Shown: in pieces, positions 26,408 through 40,142 of the stretch
Numbering within the stretch: the first letter of the stretch is position 1
Layout of the letters: each line of letters opens with the position of its first letter
Made by a program: the position numbers and the translations under genes
Notes under the pieces: generated by a model
The model's input: the letters and a program-made list of their open reading frames with translations, nothing else
What the model was told of the DNA's origin: nothing
Databases searched by the model: none
Assembly: GCF_004010195.1 (NCBI RefSeq)
Contig: NC_057720.1
Span: 3,150,080 to 3,214,079, forward strand
From: Chiloscyllium plagiosum
Taxonomy: Eukaryota
DNA length: 64,000 bases
Direction of reading: 5' to 3'

Positions 26408-27529
26408 TTTAGAGTCATAGAGATGTACAGCATGGAAACAGACCCTCCGGTTCAACCCATCCATGCTGACCAGATATCCCAATCCAATCTAGTCCCACCT
26501 GCTGGCACCCGGCCCATATGCCTCCAAACCCTTCCTATTCATATACCTATTCAGATGCCTTTTAAATGTTACAATTGTACCAGCCTCCACCACATTCTCT
26601 GGCAGCTCATTCCATACACACATCACCCTCTGCATGAAAATGTTGCCCCTTAGGTCTCTTTTATATCTTTCCCCTCTCACCCTAAACCTATGCCCTCTAG
26701 TTCTGGACTCCCCCACTCCAGGTAAAAGACTTTGTCTATTTATCCTATCCATGCCCCTCATGATTTTATAAACCTCTATAAGGTCACTGCTCAACCCCTG
26801 ACGCTCCAGGGAAAACAGCTCCAGCCTGTTCAGCCTCTTCCAAAGGGTCAACTCCTCCAAACCTGGCAACATCCTTGTAAATCTTTTCTGAATCCTTTCA
26901 AGTTTCACAATATCCTTCCGATAGGAAGGAGACCAGAATTGCATGCAATTTTCCAACAGTGGCCTAACCAATGTCCTGTACAGCCGCAACTTGACCTCCC
27001 AACTCCAGTACTCAATACTCTGACCAATAAAGGAAAGCATACCAAACGCCTTCTTTACTAGGCGAAAGTGAGGACTCCAGATGCTGGAGATTAGAGTTGA
27101 CAGTGTGGTGCTGGAAAAGCACAGCAGGTCAGGCAGCGTCCGAGGAGCAGGAGAATCAATGTTACAGGCAAAAGCCCTTCTTCACTATCCTATCTACCTG
27201 AGACTCTACTTTCAAGGAGCTATAAACCTGCGCTCCAAGGTCTCTTTGTTCAGCAACATTCCCCAAGACCTTACCACTGAGTGTATAAGTTCTGCTAAGA
27301 TTTGCTTTCCCAAAATGCAGCACCTCACATTTATCTCCCTTTTGAAAGTACCGTTGTTTTGACTTTTTTTTCTCCAGGTTCCAAAGCAATGCAGCGGCAT
27401 ATAAAACAGTAATTGCTGCTCCCGGAATTCGAGGAAATCACCTCCAATGCCTAAAATGCCTCAAAGAAGGAGCAACTGTTACAGCCATAAATTTTATCCA
27501 TCCTCCATCTTGGATTACCCAGAATCCTC
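26408..27529 (-). mobile_element. CR1-type element: putative 5' leader fused to ORF2 3' end, with a PLE-tail insert at about 27061-27173
   Basis: 183-aa ORF2 C-terminal fragment (LVRPLLENCMQFWSP..) and DKCEVLHFGK; leader 27335-27529 also occurs at 57002 onward; insert flanked by ccttctt(t/c)acta. Confidence 0.85.
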
Positions 27530-29892
27530 TCTGGAAACAAAAGAAAAATCTAATAAATCAGGAAGGCAGCTCACCCCCACCTTCTCAAGGGGCAACTAGG
27601 GATGGGAAATAAATGCTGGGCCCAGCCAGTGATGCCCACATCCTTGAAATGATTAAAACACATTAGATTTAGAGTCATAGAGATGTACAGCATGGAAACA
27701 GACCATTTTATCATTTCTTGGTGCTGTGCAGGATTGAATGTTATAAACCAAAGGAACTCACCTATTGTACATTATATCCAGCCAAAGTATCTCTTACATC
27801 AAGCATGTATGCTGCCTTTCAGTTTCACCCTATGGGTAGCGCTTCCCTGGTGGATAGCACTCCCTCACCTGATCACAAAGGTGAGATGGTTTGGAAAGTG
27901 TGCACTTTCTGCTGCCATGAGACCAAAAAATGTAACAGCAGAAGCAGGCCATTCAGCCCATTGAGTCTGAGCTGCCATTCGATGAATCTGATCATCCTCA
28001 TCTCCACATTCCTACCATTTCCCCATAACCCTTGATTCCCTGCCCAAATAAAAATCTGCCCATTTTAGTCTTTTGTTTTCTTATCGACCCAGTCTCACAG
28101 CTCTCTGCAGTAAAGAACTCCATGGATTCACTCCCCTCTGAGTGATGAAATTCCTCTTCATTTCTATCTTAAATGGGTGACCCCTTACTCTGAGATTATG
28201 CCCACTGGCCCTCGACTCTCCCACTTGGGGGACATACCCTCTCCACAGCTCCCTTGTCAAGTCTGCTTAGAATCTTGTATGTTTCAGTAAGGTTGCCTCT
28301 CAATAAGGTTGTTTCATTGAAGAAGTTATAGAAATTCCGACTGAGATCTCGATTGCAGAGTGTCAACGGTATTCCAAAATTCCAAATGGAATTCCTTTAT
28401 CCAATTGCAACCCACATACACCGAACCGCAGAGCATCAGTGAATCGTGAATGTTGGATGTATTTACTGTACAAATAAATAAATAAACATTTATTGGGACA
28501 TCCTTTCAAAGGATATTGCAGCAGGCATGACAGAATCTACAGAGAAGAAAGTTGACAGAAATGGGACAGCTCCAATCAGACCAATGTTTCTGTCTGTGTG
28601 GCGCTTCCTGACTTTGTGTCTGAGGGCATTGAACTTTGACCAAGCCAGTGAGGAACAGAAATGTTGACCAGCTGCCACCTCTCCGCCCCAGAGCTAAAAT
28701 TTCACTGGGACCTCTGATGAACCCATAGATTTGTTTGCAGAAATAACATGGTGAGGGTGGGAGGGGGTGAGGGGAATCGCAGGAGACAAGGTCAAATTGC
28801 AGCTGCTTTGGGAAGGGGAAATGGATGTGGCACACTTGTTATAAAATCCCCAGAATCAAAAATCTGTTGGGAAAAATACCACAAACAAGGTTATGTTTTT
28901 CTGAATACTGTGCAAGTATGAATTTTATAAATAATAGATGCTGTGGTTTTAATTGATATCTGGGAAAGGGTATTCAGAGGTAACAGTGACAGTTGTTAAT
29001 CAGTTGTCGTGAATTGACAATGATTTAATTGATACTGCAAATTTTAAACGCTTGCTTATTAAAGGTATTTGGATCCTGAATGAAGAAATTAAATTCAAAA
29101 CTGTTAACCACTTCCTCGTCCTATTTGTTATGGCTAGCACTTATGTCGGGAACTACTTTTGTTGAATTCCATCCAAGTTACACAAGGAATATTTAAACCT
29201 CATTACATTTCAAAGACTGGTTTGATACAGTTTTCTGTCAGACTGCCTGTGTCTATTGAATTGATAGGAACTGCATTCTATTTTCCGTCAACATTAGGTG
29301 TTTTTTTATTTTCAGTTTAGGCTAAACATCTGGTTGGAATTTTGTTTGAATCATTTCTGTCCATTTGAAGTGCGCTGTGGATCCTGTTAACATTCTTGGT
29401 GGGCCACTCATATAAACTGCTCTGTCGCTCATCATCTCTTCAATGGCATATTGACTGCATGATCTCGGTTCTATTATTAAAGAGCACGTAAAGACCAAAA
29501 TAGAAACTGAACAAGGTTGTTTTTACTTCCCAGCACAGGGAAAGATGCACTGTGATTCAGAAGAATTGAAAAACCACCGACATAGTAAAACAGCAGCTGT
29601 TTTACCCAGGCCATAGGGTTATACCCTTTGTAATCTCTGCTTTCCCTCAACATCTAAATTCCCCACCATGGAATCTGTTTGGGTGGAGCTGAGGAATAGC
29701 AGAGGGTAGTGAGCAATGGTGGGAGTTGTTTATCAGTCACCAAGCCATAATAGGAATGTTGGGAATGGTATAAATCAGGAAATGATACATACATCATGGT
29801 TAACACAGCAGTAGAGAGGTGACTTTGATTTACATGTGGACGGGATAAACCTACCCTGCAATAACACTGTTGAAGATAAATTCCTGGAGTGT

Positions 29893-30111
29893 TGATTTGG
29901 AGGTGCCGGTGTTGGACTGGGGTGTACAAAGTTAAAAATCACACAACACCAGGTTATAGTCCAACAGGTTTAATTGGAAGCACAAGCTTTCAGAGCACTG
30001 CTCTATCACCAGGTGGTTGTGGAGTATAAGATCATAAGACACTTTTATTGTAAATTCTTTGCTTCCAAATAAACCTGCTGGACCATAACCTGGTGTTATG
30101 TGATTTTTAAC
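29893..30111. mobile_element. Fold-back element (caccaggttatagtccaacagg family) with 12-bp TSD
   Basis: TSD ttcctggagtgt at 29881-29892 and 30112-30123; inverted arms ttaaaaatcacacaacaccaggttatagtcc / ggaccataacctggtgttatgtgatttttaa. Confidence 0.85.
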
Positions 30112-30430
30112 TTCCTGGAGTGTGTGCATGAGATGGGCTTCAGGGACAGTGTCTCAAAGAGTCATTTAGGGGATCAGTCTGTTTTAATAATATTGTGCAA
30201 ATGGGAAGATGCTCATTAATACCTTGCTGTAAAGGAAATTTTGGGAAATAGTGATGATAATAAGATAGAATGTTACATTGGTAATGACCTGGCCAATTAT
30301 GACATGAGCGGTGACTCTCCAATGGCATTGCTCAGCAAGCCACTCAGTCCAAGGGCAATTAAGGATGGGGATCAAATGCTGGTCTAACTAGTGACACCCA
30401 CATCCCATGAAAGAATAAGTTAAAGACTAA

Positions 30431-30666
30431 CAAAAACAGAAATTATTGGAAAAGCTCAGCAGGTCGGGCAGCATCTGTGGAGAGAAATCAGAGTTAACAT
30501 TTCAGACCCAGTTACCATTCGTCAGAACTGTGCTGGGACCTGAAACATTAACTCTGATTTCTCTGCACAGATGCTGCCAGACCTGCTGAGCTTTTCCTGC
30601 AATTTCTGTTTTTGTTTCTGATTTCCAGCATCCATAGTTCTTTCTGCTTTCCAGCATGGTTTTTAT
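30431..30666. mobile_element. Fold-back PLE-tail element with 15-bp TSD
   Basis: TSD taagttaaaga(c/t)taa at 30416-30430 and 30667-30681; minus strand reads AGTT-CTGACGA..GAAA-TG-TT-AACT. Confidence 0.85.
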
Positions 30667-30749
30667 TAAGTTAAAGATTAATGTTGGCTAGTTGTTGTGA
30701 ATCCTCACTCTAAGTGTGTGCGGTCAGAATCACATTGTTTACTATTACC

Positions 30750-31540
30750 TAGAGTCCTACAACATGGAAACAGACCCTTTGGCCCCACCAGTCCATGCTG
30801 ACCATGTTCCCAAACTAAACTAGTCCCACTGGCCTGCATTTGGCCCATATCTCTCCAAACCTTTCCTGTTCAGGAACTTATCCAACTTTAAAAAGTTGTA
30901 ACTGTTCCAGCATCCACCATTTCCTCTTACAGTTCATTCCACACATGAACCACTCTCTGTGTAAAAACGTTGCCCGTCATGTTCTTTTTATATCTTTCCT
31001 CTCTCATTTTAAAAACATGCCCCCCCCCCCCCCCCACAATTTTGAACTCCCACACCTTAGGGAAAAGACCATATCATTCACCTGATCTAGAAGGTCAACC
31101 TCCAGTGAAAAAAGTCCCAGCCTAATCAGCCTACTTTTAGAACTCAAACCCTCCATTCATAGAATAGATAGAACATAGAATCCTTACAGTGTGGAAACAG
31201 GTGCTTCAGCCCAACAAGTCCACACTGACCCTTCAACGAGTAACCCACCCCCCTTCCCTATTTACCACTGACTAATGTAGCATGGACAATTCACACAACC
31301 TGCACATCTTTGGACTGTGGGGGGAAACCAGAGCAAACCCACGCAGACACGAGGAGACTGTGCAGACAGTCACCCAGGGTCAGATTTGAGCCAGGATCCC
31401 TTGGAGCTGTGAGGCAGCAGCACTAATCACCAGGCCCACCCCAGCTGCTGCCCCCTGACAACACCCTGGTAATACTTTGCTGTATCCTCTCCATTTTAAT
31501 AATATCCTTCCTATAACAGGCAGACCAGAACTGGACACAG
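30750..31540 (-). mobile_element. CR1 3' fragment with nested HE1 SINE (about 31165-31440)
   Basis: CR1 tail catggaaacagaccctt..; HE1 ctgcacatctttggactgtgg..gcagcactaatcac. Confidence 0.75.
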
Positions 31541-31544
31541 AAGA

Positions 31545-31707
31545 GGTGATGTGGAGGTGCTGGTGTTGGACTGGGGTGGACAAGGTCAGAGGTCACACGA
31601 CACCAGGTTATCGTCTACAGGTTCATTTGAAATCATGTTGCTCTGAAAGCTTGTGATTTCAAATAAACCATTGGACTATAACCTGGTGTCGTCTGACCTC
31701 TGACCTT
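31545..31707. mobile_element. Fold-back element (caccaggttat family)
   Basis: Inverted arms aaggtcagaggtcacacgacaccaggtta / taacctggtgtcgtctgacctctgacctt. Confidence 0.75.
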
Positions 31708-33528
31708 ATACTCCAGAAGAGACCTCAGCAACATCATGTACAACCAAAACATGGATTGTGGCAGCTGAGGGCAAAGTTTGCTCTACGTTAGAATTATTCA
31801 TTTATCTAATTTTGCAAAGAAAATTGATCTTTTCTGCCCTGGAATTCAAAAAAACTCCTAAAATGCTGTAATTGGGTATGTCTCCACACCCACAGTAATG
31901 TCTCGGAGCAACCCACTGAAATGGCCCAGCAAACCGCTCAGTGTCTGGACAATGAGGGATTGGTACAAAGAATGGGCACTCAAGTCCATGAAAGGAAACA
32001 ATGTGCCCTCAGAAGCCGACTTCATGACGACTTTTGCTGTTTAGGAAGGAAAAGGAACTGATTTCCATAACATCAGTCTCTTTGGATCCATGCCAGTGCT
32101 TTTAAATTCTAAAATGATGACCAGTCAGTGAGATAATCATCATGATGCTCAGGGGACCAATCTTTGAGCAGCAAAAAGAACACTTAGCAGCCATCAGTAA
32201 TGTATGCGTCTTTTAGAATCCTCTTAAAGACATGCTTTAAGGATGACAGGCATTTACAGGTAAAATGGTGAAAGCCCCCCATCCCCAGTGAAGGCGAATT
32301 GCAGACAGCTTTGACAGCACTGGCAGACCTGTGCCTGTGATGTGAGAGCTTTGACACTATAGAACATAGAACATAGAAAAGTGCAGAACAGAACAGGCCC
32401 TTTGGCCCACAATGTTGTGCCGAGGATTAATCCTAATCTAAAATAAAATAACCGAACCATCGCATCTCTCAATTCACTGCTGTCCATGTGCATGTCCAGC
32501 AGTCGCTTAACTGTCTCTAATGACTCTGCTTCCACCACCACCACCGCTGACAACGCATTCCATGCATTCACAACTCTCTGCGTAAAGAACCTACCTCTGA
32601 CGTCCCCTCTATACCTTCCTCCTAACACCTTAAAACACCCCTCGTGCCAGTCAATCCTGCCCTGGGGAAAAGTCTCTGGCTATTGACTCTATCCATGCCT
32701 CTCATTACCTTGTACACCTCGATCAGGTCACCTCTCTTCCTCCTTCTCTCCAGAAAGAGAAGTCCGAGCTTAGTCAACCTCTCTTCGTAAAACAAGCCCT
32801 CCAGTCCAGGCAGCATCCTAGTAAACCTTCTTTGCACCCTCTCCAAAGCCTCTGTATCTTTCCTATAATAGGGCGACCAGAACTGGACACAATATTCCAA
32901 GTGTGGTCTCACCAGGGTCTTGTAGAACTGCAGCAAAACATTATTGCTCTTAATCTCAATCCCTCTGTTAATGAAAGCCAAAACACCATATGCTTTCTTA
33001 ACAACCCTGTCCACCTGGGTGGCAATTTTAAGGGATCTATGTACCTGCACACCAAGATCCCTCTGTTCCTCCACGCTGCCAAGAATCCTGTTTTTAATCC
33101 TATATTCAGCATTCAAGTTCCACCTTCCAAAATGCATCACTTCGCATTTATCCAGGTTGAACTCCATCTGCCATTTCTCAGCCCAGCTCTGCATCCTGTC
33201 TATGTCGCACTGCAGCCTGCAATAGCCCTTGATACTATCAACGGCACCTCCAGCCTTAGTGTCATTGGCAAATTTACTAACCCAACCCTCAATCTCCTCA
33301 TCCAAGTCATTTATAAAAACTACAAAGAGCAGAGGCCCAAGAACAGAGCCCTGCGGGACCCCACTCACCACTGACCTCCAGGTAGAATACTTTCCATCTA
33401 CAACCACTCTCTGCCTTCTGTCAGCCAGTCAATTCTGAATCCAGATAGCCAAATCTCCCTGTATCCCATACTTCCTGACTTTATGGATGAGCCTACCATG
33501 AGGAACCTTATCATTCCTTGCTGAAGTC

Positions 33529-34015
33529 ATGATTTGGAGATGCTGGTGTTGGACTGGGAAGTACAAAGTTAAAAATCACACAACACCAGGTTATAGTCCA
33601 ACAGGTTTAGATTAGATTAGATTACATTACAGTGTGGAAACAGGCCCTTCGGCCCAACAAGTCCACACCGACCCGCCGAAGCGAAACCCACCCATACCCC
33701 TACATTTACCCCTTACCTAACACTACGGGCAATTTAGCATGGCCAATTCACCTGACCTGCACATCTTTTGGACTGTGGGAGGAAACTGGAGCACCCGGAG
33801 GAAACCCACGCAGACACGGGGAGAACGTGCAAACTCCACACAGTCAGTCGCCTGAGGCGGGAATTGAACCCGGGTCTCAGGCGCTGTGAGGCAGCAGTGC
33901 TAACCACTGTGCCACCGTGCCGCCCACTTTAATTGGAAGCACACTAGCTTGGAAGCAAAGCTAGTGCTTCCAGTTGAACCTGTTGGACTATAACCTGGTG
34001 TTATGTGATTTTTAA
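33529..34015. mobile_element. Fold-back element with 13-bp TSD, itself interrupted by an HE1 SINE
   Basis: TSD ccttgctgaagtc at 33516-33528 and 34016-34028. Confidence 0.85.
33609..33925 (-). mobile_element. Full-length HE1-type V-SINE, CpG-rich (young)
   Basis: Head gggcggcacggtggcacagtggttagc through (tctaa)n tail on the minus strand. Confidence 0.92.
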
Positions 34016-35002
34016 CCTTGCTGAAGTCCACATTCACCACATCCACTGCTCCACCTTCATCGACCTGTCTTGTCGCCTCCTCAAAGAACTCAAGATTTGT
34101 GAGGCATGACCTGCCTTTAATCACATTATGCTTTGCCAAATAGTCATAAATCCTATCCCTCAGAATTCTTTCCAAAACCTTGCTGACTACTGACGTAAGA
34201 CTGACTGACCTGTAATTGTCAGGGATTTCTCTATTACCCTTCTTGAAAAGAGGAACAATATTCGCCTCCCACCAATCCTACAGTTGGACTCCTATGGAGA
34301 CTGAGGAAGCAATGATCTGTGCCAGTCGCTTAGCAACTTCCTTTCTCACTTCCCAGAGCAGCCTGGGATAAATCTGGTCTGGCCCTGGGGACTTATCAAT
34401 CTTAATATTTGCCAAAATTTCCAGCACATCAACTTCATCAATCTTGATCTGTTCAAGCCTGTTTCCCAGCTCCTCATAGTTCTCATTAACAACACTCACC
34501 CACTTAAAAAAAACATTAACTCACCCTTCCCGGCAGCCCTTGCTTCTCTCCATCCTCTCTCCTCGCCAATCTGTAAAAAATGGAGGCCCAACTCCCGAGG
34601 AAAGTCCCTTTGTAAGTGGAAGAATGTACCCTTCCCAGCAGCCCTTGCTTCTCTCTGCCCTCTCTTCTTGCCATTCTGTAAAAATTGGAGGCCATTTGGA
34701 GGTTATGTGTAGAGAGTTTGACAGCTCAGAGATGGGTTGGGGAGGGGGGGGGGTGTTCTGGCTGTCAGAGCCTCTCCCCTCCCCACCTCTCCTCTCAGTC
34801 ACCTTCATACCTTGTAGAGGATGCAGACTCAATCATTGCTTCAAAGATGAATTGGAGAACTCTCTGAAGAGAAGGAGTTTGCAGAGCTATGGAGAGAAAG
34901 CATGGAAGTTGGAGACACTGTCAAGGAGAACACCTACCCAATGGGCTGAATGGCCTCCTTCTGCATTTGGTTTCCCCCGAAGAAGTGTCACAAGGAGTTT
35001 TC

Positions 35003-35312
35003 ATAGAATCCCTGCAGTGGGGAGACAGGTCATTGGCCCAACAAGTCCACACTGACCATCCATAAAGTAACCCAGCCAGACCCATTTCCCTCTGTATTTA
35101 CCCCTGACCACCATGGGCAATTTCCATGGCCAATTCACCTAATCTGCATATCTTTGGATTGTAGAAGGAAACGACAGCACCCAGAGGAAACCCATGCAGA
35201 CGCGGGGAGAATGTGCAAACTCCTCACAGACAGTCGCCCAAGGTTGGAATCAAACCTGGGTCAGTGGCGCTGTGAGGCTGCAGTGCTAACCACTGAGCCA
35301 CCGTACCGCCCC
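35003..35312 (-). mobile_element. HE1-type V-SINE
   Basis: Same consensus motifs on the minus strand. Confidence 0.85.
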
Positions 35313-36499
35313 AAGTTTTCTATGTGGGCATTTCTCAGAACTTCCCGAAGAAAGGTCACTGGACCCGCAACATGGGCCCTGCTTTCTCTCTGTGGCTACT
35401 GCTGGGTTTCTCCAGCACTGTCTGTGTTTGTCACTCCTCCCACCCTCTGAGTGTCATTGCATCAAGCCTCTCGGATTACTGGAGAGCGATTGCAGAAATC
35501 AGAAACCTATGTGCTATTTTGAAATCACCAATGAACAAGCTTCTGGGTTTGTTAGTGTTCCAGTTGTGTGCAGTGTTTCATTGTCCACCTGCGTTTTCCG
35601 GATATCTGTCGAGGAAGTGTTTGGGAGTGTTGTGTGCCAATTAGGAGGAGCTGGCGTGAAGGTGGATGAAGTGAACTGGAGCGTGTGCAAGATGGGCGAT
35701 GATGGGGAGGGAGGGGGCTTTGATATTCTTGGCCGTGACTGGCAGTATGTTCACAGCACAGCTCCTCATCCACATGAACCCACCAGACTGGGTTCAACAG
35801 AGAACCACCCTAACCCCCACCCCACCCCCAACTTTCATGTTGCACACGGGTGTGGAATGAATGGAATAGAGTTGGAATCCCTCATTATCAGTTCCCCTGC
35901 CTTCACCTCACCAAATATCCAAACTCTAGCCCAGCATTCCAGCTCAATGAGTTCTCATCACACACATTAAGAATGTAAGTGTAACTGATTTCTTTGTGAG
36001 CTGTTGGATTGAACTGCACCGAAAGAACATTGTGCAGCAACCCACGCCCCAGCACACTGGGATACGACGGAATTCATTCCTTTATCTCTTTGCTTACGCA
36101 TACTCTGGGTGTGGGGTCTATTGGCAAGGCTGGCATCCTTTCTCCATCTCCAGATGAGGCCGTTACTGTCTTTCCTACAGAAAGGGCTTTCGGAGAGTCG
36201 GAATGTGAGACACAGAGTGGCCAGTTTCACACAGCAAGATCCCACATACACACACCGTTCTTGTTGAGCAATAGCTATGTCCCAAGAGAATAAGAAATCT
36301 TTCCACTTTAGGGATTTATGGTCACAGTGGACTTGGCCTTGATTTCATTGAAAGGTGGAGCAGATTCAAGGGTACAGTCAACACCTCACGCTCCTTATTC
36401 TTATGGTCATGTTAAGAAGAAGTTCCAAGCAGGTTTCAGTGTATTTTTTAAACCAATTCTGTCTTAAGATAGTGATGGAACTTATAAACCAAACTGAAC

Positions 36500-37110
36500 A
36501 AACCATAAACACAGTGGCTGCAAAAGCAGGTCAGAAGCTAGGAATCCTGCAACGAGTAACTCACTTCTTGACTTCTCAAAACCTATCCACCATCTACAAG
36601 GCACAAGTCAGGAATGGGATGGAATACTCCCCACTTGCCTGGATGGTGCAGCTCCAACAACACTCAAGAAAGTTGATACCATCCAGGAGAAAGCAGTCCT
36701 TGCTCTATTGGCACCACATTCACAAACATCCACTCCCTCCTCCACTGACGCTCAGTAGCAGCAGTGTGTACTATCTACAAGATGCACTGCAGAAATTCAT
36801 CATAGATCCTCAGTCAGCACCTTCCAAACCCCCAACCACTTCCATCTGGAAGGACAAGGGCAGCAGATACTTGGGAACACCACCCCCTGCACATTCCCCT
36901 CCAAGCCACTCACCATCCTGACTTGGAAATATATCGCCGTTCCTTCACTGTCACTGGGTCAAAATCCTGGAATTCCCTCCCTGAGGGCATTGTGGGTCTA
37001 CCCACAGCACATGGACTGCAGCTCATCCCCACCTTCTCAAGGAGCAACTAGGGACAGGTAATAATACTGGGCCCAGTCAGAGGTACCCACTTCGAATAAT
37101 GAGATAAAAA
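36500..37110 (+). mobile_element. 3' fragment of the L2/CR1-group LINE
   Basis: INTVAAKAGQKLGILQRV..IYKAQVRNGMEYSPLAWM; same family as 9980-11750. Confidence 0.85.
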
Positions 37111-37979
37111 ATGATGAATAAATAAGTAGCCTCCACATTGCCTGAAATATTCTGCGGCATTTCACTGTCAGAATGATTATAAACACACTGCATTCCCAGC
37201 CACAGTGTGAGCTGAGACAAAGCACAAGGGACCCAGGTGCTACCGTTCCATTGATCATCCATTATTTATAAAGACGTGGTTTCTCCAATACAACCACATT
37301 CTGCAAGTCTGAGCTTGTACACCTCCTGCTGGAAATCTACACAAGAATGTTTTAGATATTTTATAACAACCTGTTCAGGCATATATGGATACATCTCTGG
37401 AGCTAATAGGATCCAGGTCCTCCTGGTTCAGAGTTACCACTGCATCCCAAAAGCCTGACTTGAATAATTTAAATTTCTTTGATTCTTGGGTTTCCTGAGA
37501 TTAATGGAAATAAACAGGTCATGCTGCACTGCAGAAAATTTATTCAACGGCTGCTTGCAGTTTGTTCTCATGTTCTCTGTTTTTACCATGCTGTGCAGGT
37601 GATATTTGTTAACTTTCTCATTACTGGTTTTATCACCTTGAGTAAGTGAGGATAGTGGCTTCCTTACAGACGGGGATTTAACACTCTTTTATTTTAGATG
37701 ATTTCATTTTCGAGCTCAGAGCCATGCAGCTGGTCTGAAGGGAGTCACTTTAAGAGCAGAAGTCTTTTCTGTATTTATTTAGTTATGTGGTCACCTTGCA
37801 AACCTTTAATTGAGCTCTTCATTCTCTCTCAGTGAGTTTCATTTTGATTCTTTATACCTTCTGGGGATGTAGGCAAGGCCAGTGTACATTGTCCAGTCCT
37901 AAACCACTGTCGTCAGTGTAAAGACGCTCCTATAGTCAGCCATGTTGGCAAGGACGATAATGAAACAAAGAATTACTTA

Positions 37980-38980
37980 AACACAGATAATTATAGAACT
38001 CTGAGGTGCAGAGGGATCGAGGTGTTCTGGTACATGAGTCACAAAAACTCAGTATTCAAGTGCAGTAAATAACCAAGAAGACTAATGGGATGTTATCCTT
38101 TATGGTAAGAGGAATTGAAGATGGAAATGAGGGTGTTACACTTCAGTTAGACAGGCTGTTGCTGAATCCTGTTTAGGGTGGCACGGTGGCTCAATGGTTA
38201 GCACTGCTGCCTCACAGCGCTGGGGACCTGGGATGGATTCCAGGTTCAGGCGACTGTGTGGAGTTTGCACATTCTCCCCGTGTCTGCGTGACCCCTCCCC
38301 CCAGGTACTCCGGTTTCCTCCCAGAGTCCAAAGATGTGCAGGTTAGGTGGATTGGCCATGCTAAGTTGTTCTGTAGCGCCCAGGTTTGGGGGTTGAAGGG
38401 TTGGTGTGAACTTGATTGGAGAAATGGTCTGTTTCCCCTCTGTGCAGATTCTCTGAAATAGTGCGCAGCTTTTGTCTCTTTATTTAAGGAAAGATGTAAA
38501 TGCATTGGAGAAAGTTCAGAGGAGGTTTACTGGATTGATCCCGGGTAGGAGTGGGTTGGGTTATGGGGAAGGGTTGGACAGACTGGGCTTGTTTCTGCTG
38601 GAGTTTAGGAGAGTGGGGGGGGTGACCCTGATTGAAATGTATTAGATCTTGAATGGTCTGGACAAGGTGGGTGTGGGAAAGATATTTCCTCTCATGGGTC
38701 AGTCCAGAACTAGACAGCTGTGTTTTAACATGAAGAATCACCCACTCAGAACGGAGATGACAAGATCTGACAAGTTGTAAGAACCCTGAGCATCAGAAGG
38801 CAGGGTCGGTAGGGTCAGTGAATATTATGAAGGTGGAACGGGATCAATTCTGGTTAGGCAGGGCCTGGAGGATTATTGGAGGTGAACAGGAATGTGGAAT
38901 TCACAACACAAACAGATGACCGTGCCTTCAGTCAATGCCAGAGATGGCTCAAGGAATCAAATGATCTACCCCTGGTCGCA
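37980..38980 (+). mobile_element. Old CR1 fragment with nested HE1 SINE (about 38176-38452)
   Basis: gagggatcgaggtgttctggtacatgag..aaggaaagatgtaaatgcattggag..; HE1 head ggtggcacggtggctcaatggttagc. Confidence 0.75.
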
Positions 38981-39689
38981 TTCATTATTTATATGCACAG
39001 ATCTAATGGCTAAGGGGAATGATGCACAGGTCTGAGCTGCTTAAAAAGAGCAAAAAGAGTGACTTTACCTTCCTCCTTGCATCAGCAAGGCCCAGGGAGA
39101 ATCAGATAAGGAGCTGTGCACATGTTTGATGTACAGCAGTAGGATTTAGAATCATAGACTCATACAGCATGAAAACAGATCCTTCGGTCCAATGCTGAGT
39201 TGACATTACGTATGCACTGGAACATGGCCGGGGTCATGTTCCAATGGTCTTGTATTCAGCCATGTTCCAACATTCTCTTCACACATCCTGAAACACTGCT
39301 TCTGTGGTCTGATTACACACTGGAGTGCCATGGAAGAATATTATGAAGGCTTTGGAGACACCATACAGAAAGGGTTTACGAGAACAGATCCAATGTTGAG
39401 GGATTACACTATGTGGAGAGACTGAGGAAGCAGAGGCTGTTCTGCGTAGCACAGAGAAGGCTAGAAGGAGATTCGATCAAGAGATGTTTAAAACTATAAA
39501 GGATTTTGAGAAGAGTAACTAAGGAGAAATTGATTCCAACAACCGAAATTAGAGTGAACAGAGGATTTAGGATGACTGACAGAAAAATCTGGCCAATTAG
39601 AACAAGATTTGTAATGCACTGCCTGATAAGGTCAGAAATCACAAGACACCAGGTTACAGTCCAATCACAAACTTTCGGAGTGCTACTTG

Positions 39690-40142
39690 TATAGTCATAG
39701 AGATATACAGCATGGTCCAACTTGCCCATGCCAACCAGATATCCGAAACTGATCTAGTCCCATTTGTCAGCATTTGGCCCATATCTCTCCAAACCCTTTC
39801 TATTCATATACCCTTACAGATGCCTTTTAAATGTTGTATTTGTACCAGCCTCCACCACTTCCTCTAGCAACTCATTCCATACACACACCACCCTCTGCAT
39901 TAAAAAGTTGCCTTTTAGGTCCCTTTTAAATCGTTCCCCTCTCACCTTAAACCTATGTTCTCTAGTTATGGATTCCCCGCCTCGGGGAAAAGACCTTGTC
40001 TATACTCCAGTGTAGTCTCAGCAACACCATATGCAACTACAGTAAGACTCCTTGTTCATGTACTCAAACCCTCTTGCAATGACACCCTATCCATGCCCCT
40101 CATGATTTTATAGGCATCTATAAAGTCACCCCTCAGCCTCTG
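39690..40142 (-). mobile_element. CR1/HER1-type 3' fragment
   Basis: agtcatagagatatacagcatgg..ccagcctccaccacttcctct.. Confidence 0.85.

Larger units (their letters stand above)
32360..34495 (-). mobile_element. CR1 LINE ORF2 (RT) fragment with (gaacata)n tail and nested insertions
   Basis: 261-aa ORF with SGVPQGSVLGPLLF, SKFAND (FADD), LVRPHLEYCVQFWSP; upstream fragments KSPGPDQIYPRLL and GRSCLTNL..DFSK. Confidence 0.93.

Noticed and set aside
29893..30111. Fold-back units as DNA-transposon MITEs
   Set aside because: Arms are asymmetric and TSDs vary from 9 to 16 bp, unlike the fixed short TSDs and true terminal repeats of MITEs; hammerhead motifs and PLE linkage favour retro-origin.
32622..33407. 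261-aa RT ORF as an active retrotransposon
   Set aside because: Truncated, the catalytic FADD reads FAND, and the element is interrupted by nested insertions.
35392..35970. 192-aa ORF as DDAH exon 1 or another gene
   Set aside because: No DDAH N-terminal motifs, non-ATG start inside a repeat remnant, no family resemblance.
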